A DNA stretch of 64,000 bases from contig CAVVLJ010000021.1 in NCBI GenBank assembly GCA_963749075.1, positions 1 through 64,000 of the forward strand. The letters run 5' to 3'. A program made the translations under genes and the position numbers. How positions within the stretch are numbered: position 1 is the first letter of the stretch; every line of letters starts with the position of its first letter. This stretch comes from an uncultured Pseudomonadota bacterium (lineage in GTDB: Bacteria > Pseudomonadota > Alphaproteobacteria > JACZXZ01). Positions 23,463 through 35,538 of the stretch are shown piece by piece. The notes under the pieces are model-generated. The model was not told where the DNA came from and made no database searches. It was given only the letters and a program-made list of their open reading frames with translations.

Positions 23463-24296
23463 TCAGCGCTGCCGGCGAGAACAGAAAAAGCTTGAGCGGC
23501 CCGCCTGCTGGATGCGCTTGATGCGGCAGGCAGCACCCTTGCCGGCGCAGCGCGGGCAGGGCTTGCCCTCGCGGCCGTAGACCGCCCAGCTGTGCTGGAA
23601 GTAGCCGAGCTCGCCCGAGGGCTGCACATGGTCGCGGAGCGACGAGCCGCCCGCCGCGATCGCCTCGCGCAAGACCGCGCGGATGGCGGCGACGAGCCGC
23701 TCGGCGCGGACGCCCGTGCAGCTCTTGGCAAGGCGCCGCGGCGAGACACCGGCGCGGTAGAGGCTCTCGCACGCATAGATGTTGCCGAGCCCCGCGACCA
23801 CGGCCTGGTCGAGCAGCGCCGCCTTGATCGGCGTCGCCTTGCCTTCGAGGGCCGCCGACAGCACCTCGGCATTGAAGCGGTTGCCGAGCGGCTCGGGCCC
23901 GAGCCCTTTGAGGAGCGGGTGGTCCGGCCAACCCTCCTCGGTCGTAAGCGTCATGAGGCCGAAGCGGCGGTGGTCGGAGAAGCGCACCTCGGTGCCGTCG
24001 TCGGCCGCAAGGATGACGTGGTCGTGGGGACCCGGCCCGTCGCCGTCCGCGATCACCATGCGGCCGGACATGCCGAGGTGAGCCAAGAGCACGACGCCGC
24101 CCTCGAGGTGCACGAGGATATATTTGGCGCGCCGGTCGATGCGCTCGACGGTGCGGCCCTCGAGGCGCGCCGCGAAGCCCGGCGGCAGCGGCAGGCGCAG
24201 ATCGGGGCGCCGCACCACCACGCGGGCCAGACGGCGTCCCACCAGCCTGGCGGCCAGGCCGCGGCATACGGTCTCGACTTCCGGCAACTCCGGCAT
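23463..24296 (-). CDS. mutM: Formamidopyrimidine-DNA glycosylase
   Basis: [21 protein letters not shown] and a C-terminal zinc finger. Confidence 0.97.
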   Translation of the reverse strand: MPELPEVETVCRGLAARLVGRRLARVVVRRPDLRLPLPPGFAARLEGRTVERIDRRAKYILVHLEGGVVLLAHLGMSGRMVIADGDGPGPHDHVILAADDGTEVRFSDHRRFGLMTLTTEEGWPDHPLLKGLGPEPLGNRFNAEVLSAALEGKATPIKAALLDQAVVAGLGNIYACESLYRAGVSPRRLAKSCTGVRAERLVAAIRAVLREAIAAGGSSLRDHVQPSGELGYFQHSWAVYGREGKPCPRCAGKGAACRIKRIQQAGRSSFFCSRRQR

Positions 24297-24311
24297 GGCG
24301 GTCGTCTCCGA

Positions 24312-24411
24312 GAGCAAATTCCCATCCGGTCCAAACGCCGGATCGGAAATTGCCCGTCGACTCGTATAATTTGGAGCGTTTCCCGATCCCACGCGATCGG
24401 GAAACGCTCCA
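24312..24411. repeat. ~100-bp intergenic double-hairpin repeat, copy 2
   Basis: Homologous to 8338-8436. Palindrome TGGAGCGTTTCCCGATC-CCACGC-GATCGGGAAACGCTCCA. Confidence 0.85.
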
Positions 24412-24456
24412 GGGCCAAGCTAGCCTATGTGGGGTGGCTGCGCTATGGTCCGCTGC

Positions 24457-25236
24457 ATGCCGCCGGGACCGCACCGCGAGGAGAGCGACGACGCAGCCGG
24501 GGAGGCCGAGTTCGGCTTCCGCCGCGTGCCCCATGCCGCCAAGAGCCGGCTCGTGCGCGAGGTCTTCGATCGCGTGGCCGAGCGCTACGACCTGATGAAC
24601 GACCTCATGAGCGGCGGCATCCACCGCCTATGGAAAGACACCATGATCGAGCGCCTGGCGCTCAGGCCGGGCGAGCGTCTGCTCGACGTGGCGGGCGGCA
24701 CCGGCGACGTAGCACTCCGCGCCTACGCGCGCACGCAAGGCAGCGCCCCAATCGCGGTCTGCGACATCAACGAGGCGATGGTGCGGCGCGGCCGCGAGCG
24801 CGCGCTCGACCGCGGCATCCTCTGCGGCATCGCGTGGCTGGTGGGCGACGCCGAGGCGCTTCCCTTTCCTGCGCGCAGCATCGACGCCTATACCATCGCC
24901 TTCGGCCTCAGGAACGTGACCGACATCGACCGCGCCCTCGGAGAGGCGAGGCGCGTGCTGAAGCCAGGCGGCCGCTTCCTCTGCCTCGAGTTCAGCCGCG
25001 TGAGCGTGCCGCTCCTCGACGAGCTCTACGAGCGCTACTCCTTCGCGGTGGTGCCCTGGCTCGGCGAGCGGGTGACGGGCAACCGCGAGGCCTACGAGTA
25101 TCTCGTCGAGAGCATCCGCCGCTTCCCCGCGCAGAAGGCGCTCGCGCGGCGCTTGGCCAAGGCCGGCCTCGGCCTCGTCAAGGTGCGCAACCTCTCGGGC
25201 GGCATTGCGGCGCTGCACTCCGCCTGGCGGCTCTAA
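24457..25236 (+). CDS. ubiE: Ubiquinone/menaquinone C-methyltransferase
   Basis: YDLMNDLMSGGIHRLWK, LDVAGGTGD and YTIAFGLRNV motifs. Exact start uncertain. Confidence 0.95.
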   Translation: MPPGPHREESDDAAGEAEFGFRRVPHAAKSRLVREVFDRVAERYDLMNDLMSGGIHRLWKDTMIERLALRPGERLLDVAGGTGDVALRAYARTQGSAPIAVCDINEAMVRRGRERALDRGILCGIAWLVGDAEALPFPARSIDAYTIAFGLRNVTDIDRALGEARRVLKPGGRFLCLEFSRVSVPLLDELYERYSFAVVPWLGERVTGNREAYEYLVESIRRFPAQKALARRLAKAGLGLVKVRNLSGGIAALHSAWRL

Positions 25237-25248
25237 GCCGCGGCGGCG

Positions 25249-26799
25249 ATGCTCGAGACGCCCCGCCACGTGGCACGGCTGCTCGCGATTCTCCGCACGC
25301 TCGGGCGCCGCGACGCGCTCTTCATGCTCGAGGAGGCCGAGGTGCCGCCGGCGTTGCGCCTGCTTGGCCGCCTCTTCGCCAAGCGCAACCGGTCGCCGGG
25401 CCGGCCGGGCGAGCGTCTGGCGCTCGCCTTGCAAGAGCTCGGTCCGAGCTTCATCAAGTTCGGCCAGGCGCTCTCCGTGCGCTCGGACCTCCTCGGCGAA
25501 GGCATGGCCGAGGATCTCTCGACCCTTCAGGACCGCCTGCCGCCCTTTGCCGGCGGCGAGGCCCGCGCCACCGTCGAGGCCGAGCTGGGCCAGCCGCTCT
25601 CCGCCCTCTTCGCGAGCTTCGAGGATGCGCCGGTCGCCGCCGCCTCGATCGCCCAGGTGCATTATGCGGTGACGAGCGAGGGCGCTCCCGTCGCGGTCAA
25701 GGTCTTGCGGCCCGGCATCGAGGCGGCCTTCGCGCGCGATCTCGCACTCTTCGAGTGGCTGGCACGGGTCCTCGAGACGGCGCGTCCGGCGCTCGCCCGG
25801 CTCAAGCCGCGCCAGGTCGTCGCCTTTTTCCGCGATACGGTGTCGCTCGAGATGGACCTGCGGCTCGAGGCCGCCGCCGCCTCCGAGTTCGCCGAGACGC
25901 TCGCCGACGATCCCGGCGTGCGCATCCCAAAGGTCGATTGGCAGCGCACCGCGCGGCGGGTGCTGACGCTCGAGCGCATCGCCGGCATTCCCGTCGACGA
26001 GCGCGAGGCGCTCACAGCCGCCGGGCACGATCCCGTCGCCGTCGTTGGCCATGCCGCAGAGAGCTTCTTCACGCAAGTCTTCCGCAACGGCTTCTTCCAT
26101 GCCGACATGCATCCGGGGAACCTCTCGGTCGACGAGGAGGGCCGCCTCGTCATGGTCGATTTCGGCATCATGGGGCGCATCGAGCAGAAGACGCGTCACT
26201 ATCTTGCCGAGATGCTGATCGGCTTCCTCGAAGGCGACTACCGCCGCGTCGCCGAGGTGCACTTCCGCGCCGGCTACGTGCCGGCGTCGAAGTCCGTCGA
26301 TGCCTTCACGCAGGCCTGCCGCGCCATCGGCGAGCCCATCGTCAACAAGCCGCTCCACGAGATCTCGCTCGCCCGGCTCTTGGGCCAGCTCTTCGAGGTG
26401 ACCGAGACTTTCGCGATGGAGACGCAGCCGCAGCTTCTCCTCCTGCAGAAATCCATGCTGCTGGCCGAAGGGGTCGGACGCAAGCTGGCGCCGGACGTCA
26501 ACATGTGGGCGCTGGCGCAGCCGCTCGTCGAGGCCTGGGTGCGCGAGAACGCCGCACCCGAAGCGGTGATCGGCGCGGCCGTGCGCGACATCGCCGAGGT
26601 AGTGCGGCGCCTGCCGGAGCTCGCGCGGCGCGCCGAGGAAGCCCTCGCCGAGCTCGCGGACGGCGGCCTGCGCCTCCATCCCGACACTGTCGAGGCCTTG
26701 GCCGCCCGCCCGGGCGGCAGCCGGCAGCTGTTGTGGCCGCTCTGGGGTGCCGTCGGCCTGCTTGCCCTGATTCTGCTGATTCTGCTCATTTACTCATAG
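25249..26799 (+). CDS. ubiB: UbiB (ABC1) kinase-like ubiquinone biosynthesis protein
   Basis: LGPSFIKFGQ, AASIAQVH, VAVKVLRP, FFHADMHPGN and DFGIMG motifs. Confidence 0.95.
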   Translation: MLETPRHVARLLAILRTLGRRDALFMLEEAEVPPALRLLGRLFAKRNRSPGRPGERLALALQELGPSFIKFGQALSVRSDLLGEGMAEDLSTLQDRLPPFAGGEARATVEAELGQPLSALFASFEDAPVAAASIAQVHYAVTSEGAPVAVKVLRPGIEAAFARDLALFEWLARVLETARPALARLKPRQVVAFFRDTVSLEMDLRLEAAAASEFAETLADDPGVRIPKVDWQRTARRVLTLERIAGIPVDEREALTAAGHDPVAVVGHAAESFFTQVFRNGFFHADMHPGNLSVDEEGRLVMVDFGIMGRIEQKTRHYLAEMLIGFLEGDYRRVAEVHFRAGYVPASKSVDAFTQACRAIGEPIVNKPLHEISLARLLGQLFEVTETFAMETQPQLLLLQKSMLLAEGVGRKLAPDVNMWALAQPLVEAWVRENAAPEAVIGAAVRDIAEVVRRLPELARRAEEALAELADGGLRLHPDTVEALAARPGGSRQLLWPLWGAVGLLALILLILLIYS

Positions 26800-26819
26800 T
26801 CTCGCGCGCGAGATCGCGG

Positions 26820-26855
26820 TTGCATCCTCGCCGCGACACCCCTATGTTATTCACA
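26820..26855 (+). promoter_or_regulatory. Putative sigma70 promoter of coaBC-dut with a DnaA box
   Basis: TTGCAT-N17-TATGTT. TTATTCACA at 26847-26855 fits TTWTNCACA. Confidence 0.5.
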
Positions 26856-26887
26856 GGAATTGCGCGTAAATTTGGGAAACTTCTACA

Positions 26888-28089
26888 GTGCTGACCGGCA
26901 GGAGAATTCTTCTCATCGTGGCGGGCGGCATCGCCGCATACAAGAGCCTGGAGCTGGTTCGCCGCCTGCGCGAGCGCGGTGCTGCGGTGCGCGCGGTTCT
27001 CACCAGGAGCGGCGCCCAGTTCGTCACGCCGCTCTCGCTCGCCGCCCTCACCGAGGACAAGGTCTTCGAGGATCTCTTCTCGCTCACCGACGAGAGCGAG
27101 ATGGGACACATCGAGCTCTCGCGCGCGGCCGATCTCCTGGTGGTGGCGCCGGCCACGGCGGATCTTATGGCGAAGATGGCGGCCGGGCTCGCCGACGACC
27201 TCGCCTCGACGGCCCTCCTAGCGACCGACAAGCCGGTCCTGCTGGCACCTGCCATGAACGTGCGCATGTGGCTGCATCCCGCGACGCAGGCCAATCTTGC
27301 CGTGCTCGAAGCGCGCGGAGTGATCCGCGTCGGCCCCAACGAGGGCGACATGGCGTGCGGCGAGTACGGACCGGGCCGCATGGCGGAGCCGATGGAGATC
27401 ATCGCCGCCATCGAGGCGCATTTCCGCGACCGCTCGCCCTTGGGCGGCCGCCGCGCGCTGGTGACGAGCGGACCGACCCACGAGGCGCTCGATCCGGTGC
27501 GCTACATCGCGAACCGCTCCTCGGGCAAGCAGGGCCATGCCATCGCCGCAGCGCTCGCGCGCCTGGGTGCTGCGACCACGCTGGTGACCGGGCCGACCCA
27601 TGAGCCCGATCCGCCGGGGGTCACGGTGGTGCGCATCGAATCCGCGCGCGACATGCTGGCCGCGTGCCTCGCCGCGCTGCCCGCCGACGTGGCGGTCTGC
27701 GCCGCCGCGGTGAGCGACTGGCGGCCGGCGGATGCAGCCGAGCAGAAGCTCAAGAAGAACGGCAAGGAGCCGAGCCTCAAGCTGGTCGAGAATCCGGACA
27801 TCCTCAAGACCCTCGGCCAGGCGGGAAATCGCCGCCCGCGCCTCGTCGTGGGCTTCGCCGCCGAGACGGAGAGCGTCGTCGCCTATGCCAGGGCCAAGCG
27901 CGAGAAGAAGGGCTGCGACTGGATTCTCGCGAACGACGTGTCGCCCGCGAGCGGCACCTTCGGCGGCGTGCGCAACACCATCCACCTCGTCTCCGCGAAG
28001 GGGGTCGAGGAGTGGCCGACCATGAGCAAGGTGCACGTCGCCGAGCGCCTTGCCGGACGCATCGCGGCGGCGCTCGCGGTGGCCGGCTG

Positions 28090-28090
<1 letters not shown>
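26888..28090 (+). CDS. coaBC: Phosphopantothenoylcysteine decarboxylase/ligase
   Basis: [35 protein letters not shown] and GFAAET motifs. Confidence 0.96.
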
Positions 28091-28587
<497 letters not shown>

Positions 28588-28589
28588 CC

Positions 28590-29041
28590 ATGCTGCGCCT
28601 CTCGAAGAAGCTCATGTTCGCCATCGAGGCGGTGCTCGACATCGCGTACAACGCCGGCAGCGAGCCGGTGCAGTCGCGCGAGATCACGCGCCGCCAAGGC
28701 ATTCCGCGGCGCTATCTCGAGCAGGTCCTCCAGCAGCTCGTGCGCGCCGGCATCCTGGCGGGCGTGCGCGGCCCGCGCGGCGGCTACCGCCTCGCGCGCG
28801 AGCGCCGCAAGATCACGCTCGGCGAGATCGTGCGCATCGTGCGCGCCATGGAGAGCGCGGAGGATCCGATCGCCGACCCCGCCGGCTCGGAGCTCGGCCA
28901 CAAGGTGGTGCGCCCGCTCTGGCAGGAGCTGCAGGGCGAGGTGATGGGCCGGCTCGACGCCGTCACCATCGAGGAGCTCTGCCTGCGCGCGCGCCAGGCG
29001 AACCTGGAGAGCGAAGCCTTCCAGAAGCTGGACTATGTGAT

Positions 29042-29045
<4 letters not shown>
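28590..29045 (+). CDS. Rrf2-family transcriptional regulator without the IscR Cys triad (CymR-like)
   Basis: [18 protein letters not shown] motif. Only one Cys. Coupled to cysK by an ATGA overlap. Confidence 0.9.
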
Positions 29046-30055
<1,010 letters not shown>

Positions 30056-30064
30056 GTCCGGCCC

Positions 30065-30865
30065 ATGGCGATCTCCGACGCCGAGCTCGAGCGCTACGCG
30101 CGGCACATCATCCTCGACGAGGTCGGCGAGGAGGGCCAGGAGAAGCTGCTCGCCTCCAAGGTGCTGGTGGTGGGCGCGGGCGGCCTGGGCTCGCCCCTCC
30201 TCCTCTATCTCGCTGCAGCCGGCGTCGGCACGCTCGGCATCGTCGATGACGACGAGGTGGAGCTGAGCAACCTGCAGCGCCAGATCGTGCACGCCAACGA
30301 CCGCATCGGCAGCGCCAAGGTGGAGAGTGCGGCACGGACGCTCGCGGCTCTCAATCCCGACGTGCGCGTCGTTCCCGTGAAGGCGCGGCTCGCGGCGGAG
30401 AACGCGATGGCGCTCATCGCGGGATACGATCTCGTGGCCGACGGCAGCGACAATTTCGCGACGCGCTATCTTCTGAACGACGCCTGCTACTTCGCGCGCA
30501 TCCCGCTGGTCTCGGCGGCGCTCTTGCGCTTCGACGGCCAGCTCGCGACCTTCAAGCCCTATCTCGCGGGCGGGCATCCCTGCTACCGCTGCCTCTTTCC
30601 CGAGCCGCCGCCTCAGGACCTCATCCCGCGCTGCGAGGAGGCCGGCATCTTCGGCGCGGTGGCCGGCGTCATGGGCTCGCTCCAGGCGGTCGAGGTGCTC
30701 AAGGAGCTCCTGGGCCTGGGCGACAGCCTCTCCGGCCATCTCCTCGTCTACGACGGTCTCGCCGCCGCGGTGCGGAAGCTCAAGGTGCCGCGCGCGCCCG
30801 ATTGCGCGCTCTGCGGCCCGCACGCCCGCCTGACCAGCCTGGCGCACCACCACAAGGCGGCGTGA
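30065..30865 (+). CDS. moeB: MoeB/ThiF adenylyltransferase
   Basis: RYARHI, GAGGLG, SNLQRQ, DNFATR and two CxxC motifs. Confidence 0.88.
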   Translation: MAISDAELERYARHIILDEVGEEGQEKLLASKVLVVGAGGLGSPLLLYLAAAGVGTLGIVDDDEVELSNLQRQIVHANDRIGSAKVESAARTLAALNPDVRVVPVKARLAAENAMALIAGYDLVADGSDNFATRYLLNDACYFARIPLVSAALLRFDGQLATFKPYLAGGHPCYRCLFPEPPPQDLIPRCEEAGIFGAVAGVMGSLQAVEVLKELLGLGDSLSGHLLVYDGLAAAVRKLKVPRAPDCALCGPHARLTSLAHHHKAA

Positions 30866-30914
30866 GCGGAAGATCAGGCCGCGCCGCTGACGACCGCTCG
30901 GCAGATCGACCCGG

Positions 30915-31106
30915 TTATGGCGCCTTCCTGCCGCGCGGTGTCGTCTCGTCCGGCTTTGCTTTTCCGCGAGTGCCGCGCGAAACCAACGCCAGCGCGGCCC
31001 GGACGGAGCCGTCGGTCGGCCTGGGGTCCCTGGCAAATCGGTCGGCCACTTCTTTGAGGCCCTGAAGGACCGCCGCCCTGATCTGCTGTGGTGTGAGATC
31101 GGTTAT
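30915..31106 (-). CDS. Small hypothetical protein coupled to the zeta-like ATPase (ATA at the expected start)
   Basis: GGAGG RBS upstream of an ATA that overlaps the TAA of the ATPase gene. 63 sense codons with a basic tail. Confidence 0.4.
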   Translation of the reverse strand: MTDLTPQQIRAAVLQGLKEVADRFARDPRPTDGSVRAALALVSRGTRGKAKPDETTPRGRKAP

Positions 31107-31672
31107 CGCCCTGCCTCCTCGATCACGCTCCATCGCCGCGGATCATGCACGATCAATGTCGTCTGCAGCACCTCGGCGATCAGGTCTCGGCCCTCGTCCG
31201 AGTTGTCATAGATGAAGCCGAGATCCACGAGGGGCAAGTAAAGGCGATGCAAGTCGCGAAGCCCCTTCCAATAGCGCCGAACCACAATGTCGCCGGGCAC
31301 ATCATGGCCTCCTTCGCTGACGCGTTTCGCGACACGCGCGAGCGCTGCCTGCGGCGAAGGCAGCCAAAGAAAGATCAAAGTCACGCGGTAGCCGGCGTCC
31401 CGGCATGACTGCAGCAGACGCGCATGCCCTCGCCCGGCGCAAGTCGTCTCGAAGGCGAAGCTCTTGCCGGCACGCGCCAGAACATGAATGCGCCCGACCA
31501 GCAGCCGCCCCGCGGCCATTGCCGAGCCCTCGGGATCGAACGGCGAGACGCCACGGGCGATCTCGTCGGCGTTCACGAATTCCGTAACGCCGAGGTGCGC
31601 CGGAAGAACGCTCGGTGCCGCCGTTGTCTTGCCTGCGCCGTTCGGGCCGGCGAGAACGATCACGTCCTTCAC
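31103..31672 (-). CDS. Zeta toxin-like P-loop ATPase/kinase (COG4185 type)
   Basis: AGPNGAGKTT, FVNADEIA, SFAFETT, RVSEGGHDVP and YDNS motifs. Confidence 0.88.
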   Translation of the reverse strand: MKDVIVLAGPNGAGKTTAAPSVLPAHLGVTEFVNADEIARGVSPFDPEGSAMAAGRLLVGRIHVLARAGKSFAFETTCAGRGHARLLQSCRDAGYRVTLIFLWLPSPQAALARVAKRVSEGGHDVPGDIVVRRYWKGLRDLHRLYLPLVDLGFIYDNSDEGRDLIAEVLQTTLIVHDPRRWSVIEEAGR

Positions 31673-31757
31673 GCACCACCCCTCCTAGGGTCATCCCGGC
31701 AGCGGCATTCGTGGCCCCGGCTCGACAACCGTGGATATCTCCCTCTCGGGGTGCGAC

Positions 31758-32744
31758 TCAATACATCGTCTCGAGGACGCGGTCGGGCGGCGCGTGGCCG
31801 TCGACGAAGGTCTTGATGTTGATGATGACCTTTTCGCCCATGTCGATGCGGCCCTCGATGGTGGCGGAGCCCATGTGGGGCAGCAGCACCACGTTCTGCA
31901 GATTGAGCAGCTTCGGATTGACCGCGGGCTCGTGCTCGAAGACGTTGAGCCCGGCGCCGCCGATCTCCTTGCTCGCGAGCATGCGGGCAAGGGCCGTCTC
32001 GTCGATCACCTCGCCGCGCGAGGTGTTGACCACATAGGCGTGCGGCCGGATCAGCTTGAGCCGCCGCGCCGACAGCAGGTGGTAGGTAGCCGGCGTGTGC
32101 GGGCAATTGACCGAGATGATATCCACATGGGCAAGCATCTGGTCGAGGCTCTCCCAATAGGTGGCCTCGAGCTGGCGCTCGAGGTCGGCGTGGACGCGGC
32201 GGCGGTTGTGGTAGTGGATCGAGAGCCCGAAGCCGCGCGCCCGGCGCGCCACGGCCGAGCCGATGCGGCCCATGCCGACGATGCCGAGGCGCTTGCCCCA
32301 GATGCGGTGGCCGAGCATGGAGGTGGGACCCCAGCCCTCCCACTTGCCGGAGCGCAGCAGCCGCTCGCCCTCGCTCAAACGCCGCGGCACCGCGAGGATG
32401 AGCGCCATCGTCATGTCGGCGGTATCCTCGGTGAGCACGCCCGGCGTGTTGGTGACCGTGATGCCGCGTTGGCGGGCGGACGCCAGGTCGATATGGTCGA
32501 CGCCGGTGCCGAAGGAGGCGATCAGCTTGAGCCGCGCGCCGGCGTGCGCCAGCACGCTCTTGTCGATGCGGTCCGTGACCGTCGGCACCATCACGTCGGC
32601 GCTGGCCGCGGCCTCGATGAGCTCGGCCTGCTGGAGTGGCTTGTCATCCCGGTTGAGGCGGGCCTCGAAGAGCTCCATCATGCGCGTCTCGATCACGTCG
32701 GGCAGCTTGCGCGTGACGACGACAAGCGGCTTGCGCGTTGTCAT
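31758..32744 (-). CDS. gyaR: D-glycerate/glyoxylate reductase (D-2-hydroxyacid dehydrogenase)
   Basis: TNTPGVLTEDTAD, GIVGMGRIG, NTSRG and LPHMGSAT motifs. Confidence 0.9.
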   Translation of the reverse strand: MTTRKPLVVVTRKLPDVIETRMMELFEARLNRDDKPLQQAELIEAAASADVMVPTVTDRIDKSVLAHAGARLKLIASFGTGVDHIDLASARQRGITVTNTPGVLTEDTADMTMALILAVPRRLSEGERLLRSGKWEGWGPTSMLGHRIWGKRLGIVGMGRIGSAVARRARGFGLSIHYHNRRRVHADLERQLEATYWESLDQMLAHVDIISVNCPHTPATYHLLSARRLKLIRPHAYVVNTSRGEVIDETALARMLASKEIGGAGLNVFEHEPAVNPKLLNLQNVVLLPHMGSATIEGRIDMGEKVIINIKTFVDGHAPPDRVLETMY

Positions 32745-32937
32745 GGGAGCCCCCAGCCTCCGGCCGTTGCAGGCCGCCGAACTCGCGCGTCCCGACCCGG
32801 CGGTGAGGTGCGGGGTGCCGCTTGCCATAACAATCCGCAAGCGGCTTGTCCAGCCCTCTAGGCCGCATCGCTTGACCAGCCGGAAGCGGCACCGCTAAAG
32901 AGGGAGGGTGGATCGCCCGCCTGCGGAAACTCTTGTC

Positions 32938-33453
32938 ATGCCTCGCCTCGCTCGACCACCGGCACCGGGGCTCGCCCTCGCCTTCGCCATGCTGCTGCTC
33001 TCCCTATTTGCCGGCGGCGGATGGGCGGGGGCAGCCGAATCGGGCCTGCCCGTGCCGCGCTTCGTGACGCTGCGCGCGGACAAGGTCAACGTGCGCGCCG
33101 GGCCCGGGCCGCAATATCCCGTCGAATGGGTGTTCGAGCGCAAGGGCATGCCGGTCGAGGTCATCGCCGAGCACGACAACTACCGCAAGATACGCGACAT
33201 CGAGGGCACCGTCGGCTGGGTGCACCAGAACCTGCTCTCGAGCCGCCGCGCCATCATCGTCAGCGGTACCACCCGACCCTTGCGGCGCGAGCCGCAGGAG
33301 GGCGCGCGCGCCGCCGCCATGGTCGAGCCCAACGTCATCGGCCAACTCCTCGTCTGCAAGGGAGCGTGGTGCCGCATCGACGTGAACGGCTACCGCGGCT
33401 GGCTCAAGCGCACCGAGTTCTGGGGCGTCTATACCGACGAGCCGGTCGAGTAG
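32938..33453 (+). CDS. Exported tandem SH3-domain protein (COG3807 type)
   Basis: SGLPVPRFVTL..NVRAGPG..GWV..GWL motifs. Divergent from gyaR, as is usual in Alphaproteobacteria. Confidence 0.88.
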   Translation: MPRLARPPAPGLALAFAMLLLSLFAGGGWAGAAESGLPVPRFVTLRADKVNVRAGPGPQYPVEWVFERKGMPVEVIAEHDNYRKIRDIEGTVGWVHQNLLSSRRAIIVSGTTRPLRREPQEGARAAAMVEPNVIGQLLVCKGAWCRIDVNGYRGWLKRTEFWGVYTDEPVE

Positions 33454-33477
33454 GCCGCGGCCGGCCGGACGAGCCGG

Positions 33478-34069
33478 CTAATCCAGAATCCTTCGCCAGC
33501 TCCGCGCGCACCGCCTCGGGGAGCACCGCCATGTGGCGGTACTCCGGATGGTCGAGCCCGAGCACGATCTCGGTGCCCGGCGTCTTGAACTTGGCGGCCT
33601 GCGCGGGCGTCAGGTGGAAATGGACGAACTGGACGGAGGAGGCCTTGCCCTCCTCGGAGGTGCGCTCGAGGTCCGCCTCCGCCTCGGCCTTCACCGCCTC
33701 GCCCGCGATGCGCAAGCTGGCGGTCTCCTCGAAGCCGCCGAGACGCGCGAGAATGCGCTCGCGCCGCGCCGGCTCGTCGATCTCGATCATGACGGTGGCG
33801 ACGAGCTCGTTGCCCTTGGGCACGAGCGGGTTGTAGGCGGCGAGCTCGCCCGGCACCTGCTCGGCGCCGCCCTTCTCGGCGAAGAGCATCTCGTGCACCT
33901 GGTGCCGCATGGTCTCGTAGCACTCGAAGTAGAAGGTGGCATACGGCCCCACCTCGACGCGCCGGCGGCGCTTGAGCTCGACGATCGCGAGGCGCTCCTC
34001 GCGCCGCACCTTGCCGTAGTCCGCCATCTCCATCAGGTCGACGGCGCTGAGCTCATGCTTGCTGGCCAT
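33478..34069 (-). CDS. DUF3501 family protein
   Basis: RRVEVGP, QVHEML..EKGG, AYNPLVP and KASSVQF. Removing one T near 33487 gives the end ELAKDLD*; the uncorrected ORF runs on to 33404. Confidence 0.85.
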
Positions 34070-34099
34070 GGCGGTCTCCGCGGCTGTGATTGGGCCGGG

Positions 34100-35443
34100 C
34101 TAGGCGCCGAGCCCGTAGGCCCGGGCGAGGAGCTCGACCGGATGGCTGACGAGGCGCGGTTTGGCGCCGTCGCCGTCCAGGCGCTCCATGCCCTGGGCGA
34201 TGTGCGCGCCGGCGAGCGGGCATTCGGAGGAGACGAAGGCCTTGCCGCCCTCCGCCGCCTGGCGTGCCGCCGGCCGGCCCACCTTGAGGGCGGTCGCGAA
34301 ATTGTCCTTCTTGAAGCCCCAGGAGCCGCCGTGGCCCGAGCAGCGCTCGATGACCTGCAGCTCGGTGCCCGGGATGAGGCGCAGCATCTCGGCGGCCTTC
34401 TGGCCCATGTTCTGGGCGCGCGCATGACAGGCGAGATGCACGGCAATGCCGCCCTCGATCGGCCGCAGCCCTTGCGCCAGGCCCTCGCGCTTGGCGATGT
34501 CGACGATGTACTCGCTCACGTCATAGGTGGTGGAGGCGAGGAGCTTCACGTCGCGCTCGCCGGGGAGGATGAGGGGCCATTCGAACTTGAGCATGAGGGC
34601 GCAGGAGGGAACCAGCGCCACCACGTCGTAGCCCTTGGCGATCCACGGCTTGAGCGCCGCGGCCACGGCGGCGGCGCGGCCCGCCACCTCCTTGAGCATG
34701 CCCTGCTCGAGAAGCGGCATGCCGCAGCAGCCCGGATAGACCACCTCGGTCTCGACGCCGTTCTTGGCCAGGACCGCGCGCGCCGCGAGACCCACCTCGG
34801 GATCATTGTAATTGACGAAGCAGGTGGCATAGAGCACCGCCTTGCGGCCGAAGGCGGGGGCCGTGCGGTCGACTTCGAGGGGTTCGTCCTTGGCGCGCAT
34901 CGCGAAGGTGGTGCCGGCGAACTTGGGCAGCTCGGCCTCGCGGTCGAGACCGGCTGCGCTCTCGAGAAGCGGCCGCGTGAGCTTGTTCGCGCGCGCGCTC
35001 GCCCAATTGGCAAGCGGGGCGGCCAAGTTCGCGAGCTTGCCGTTGCGGTCGGTCTTGGCAAGCGCGCGGTCGGCCGCGGCCGTGCGCCCCGCGTGCGCGG
35101 AAACCGCGCGGTAGCGCAGCATCAGATGGGGAAAGTCGAGGTTGAAGGCATGCGGCGGCACATAGGGGCATTTCGTCATGAAGCACATGTCGCAGAGCGT
35201 GCAGGCGTCCACCACCGGAGCGAAGTCGGCGCTGGCAACCGCATCGAGCTCGCCCGTGGCGGAGTGGTCGATGAGATCGAAGAGGCGCGGAAAGGAGTCA
35301 CAGAGATTGAAGCAGCGCCGGCAGCCGTGGCAGATGTCGAAGACGCGGCGCATCTCGGCCTCGAGCTTGGCCGGATCGTAGAAGTCCGCCTCCTGCCAAG
35401 CGAGCGGATGCCGCGTCGGCGCCTCGAGGCTGCCTTCTCTCAT
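34100..35443 (-). CDS. Rubrerythrin-associated Fe-S oxidoreductase (GlpC/HdrD-like, CCG domains)
   Basis: [36 protein letters not shown] and CSGHGG motifs. Confidence 0.9.
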   Translation of the reverse strand: MREGSLEAPTRHPLAWQEADFYDPAKLEAEMRRVFDICHGCRRCFNLCDSFPRLFDLIDHSATGELDAVASADFAPVVDACTLCDMCFMTKCPYVPPHAFNLDFPHLMLRYRAVSAHAGRTAAADRALAKTDRNGKLANLAAPLANWASARANKLTRPLLESAAGLDREAELPKFAGTTFAMRAKDEPLEVDRTAPAFGRKAVLYATCFVNYNDPEVGLAARAVLAKNGVETEVVYPGCCGMPLLEQGMLKEVAGRAAAVAAALKPWIAKGYDVVALVPSCALMLKFEWPLILPGERDVKLLASTTYDVSEYIVDIAKREGLAQGLRPIEGGIAVHLACHARAQNMGQKAAEMLRLIPGTELQVIERCSGHGGSWGFKKDNFATALKVGRPAARQAAEGGKAFVSSECPLAGAHIAQGMERLDGDGAKPRLVSHPVELLARAYGLGA

Positions 35444-35471
35444 CGCTCATCCTCGCCGGTCACGGGGAGCC

Positions 35472-35538
35472 GCCAGGGGAAACTGCCAGGGGAAACTGCC
35501 AAGCGAAACTGCCAGGCGAGACTGGCCGGGAAACTGGC
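35472..35538. repeat. 13-bp tandem repeat, about 5 units (consensus GCCAGGGGAAACT)
   Basis: Units at 35472, 35485, 35498, 35511 and 35524 (the last degenerate). Intergenic. Confidence 0.85.

Noticed and set aside
35472-35538. CRISPR array
   Set aside because: The 13-bp units are contiguous with no spacers, and no cas genes are present.
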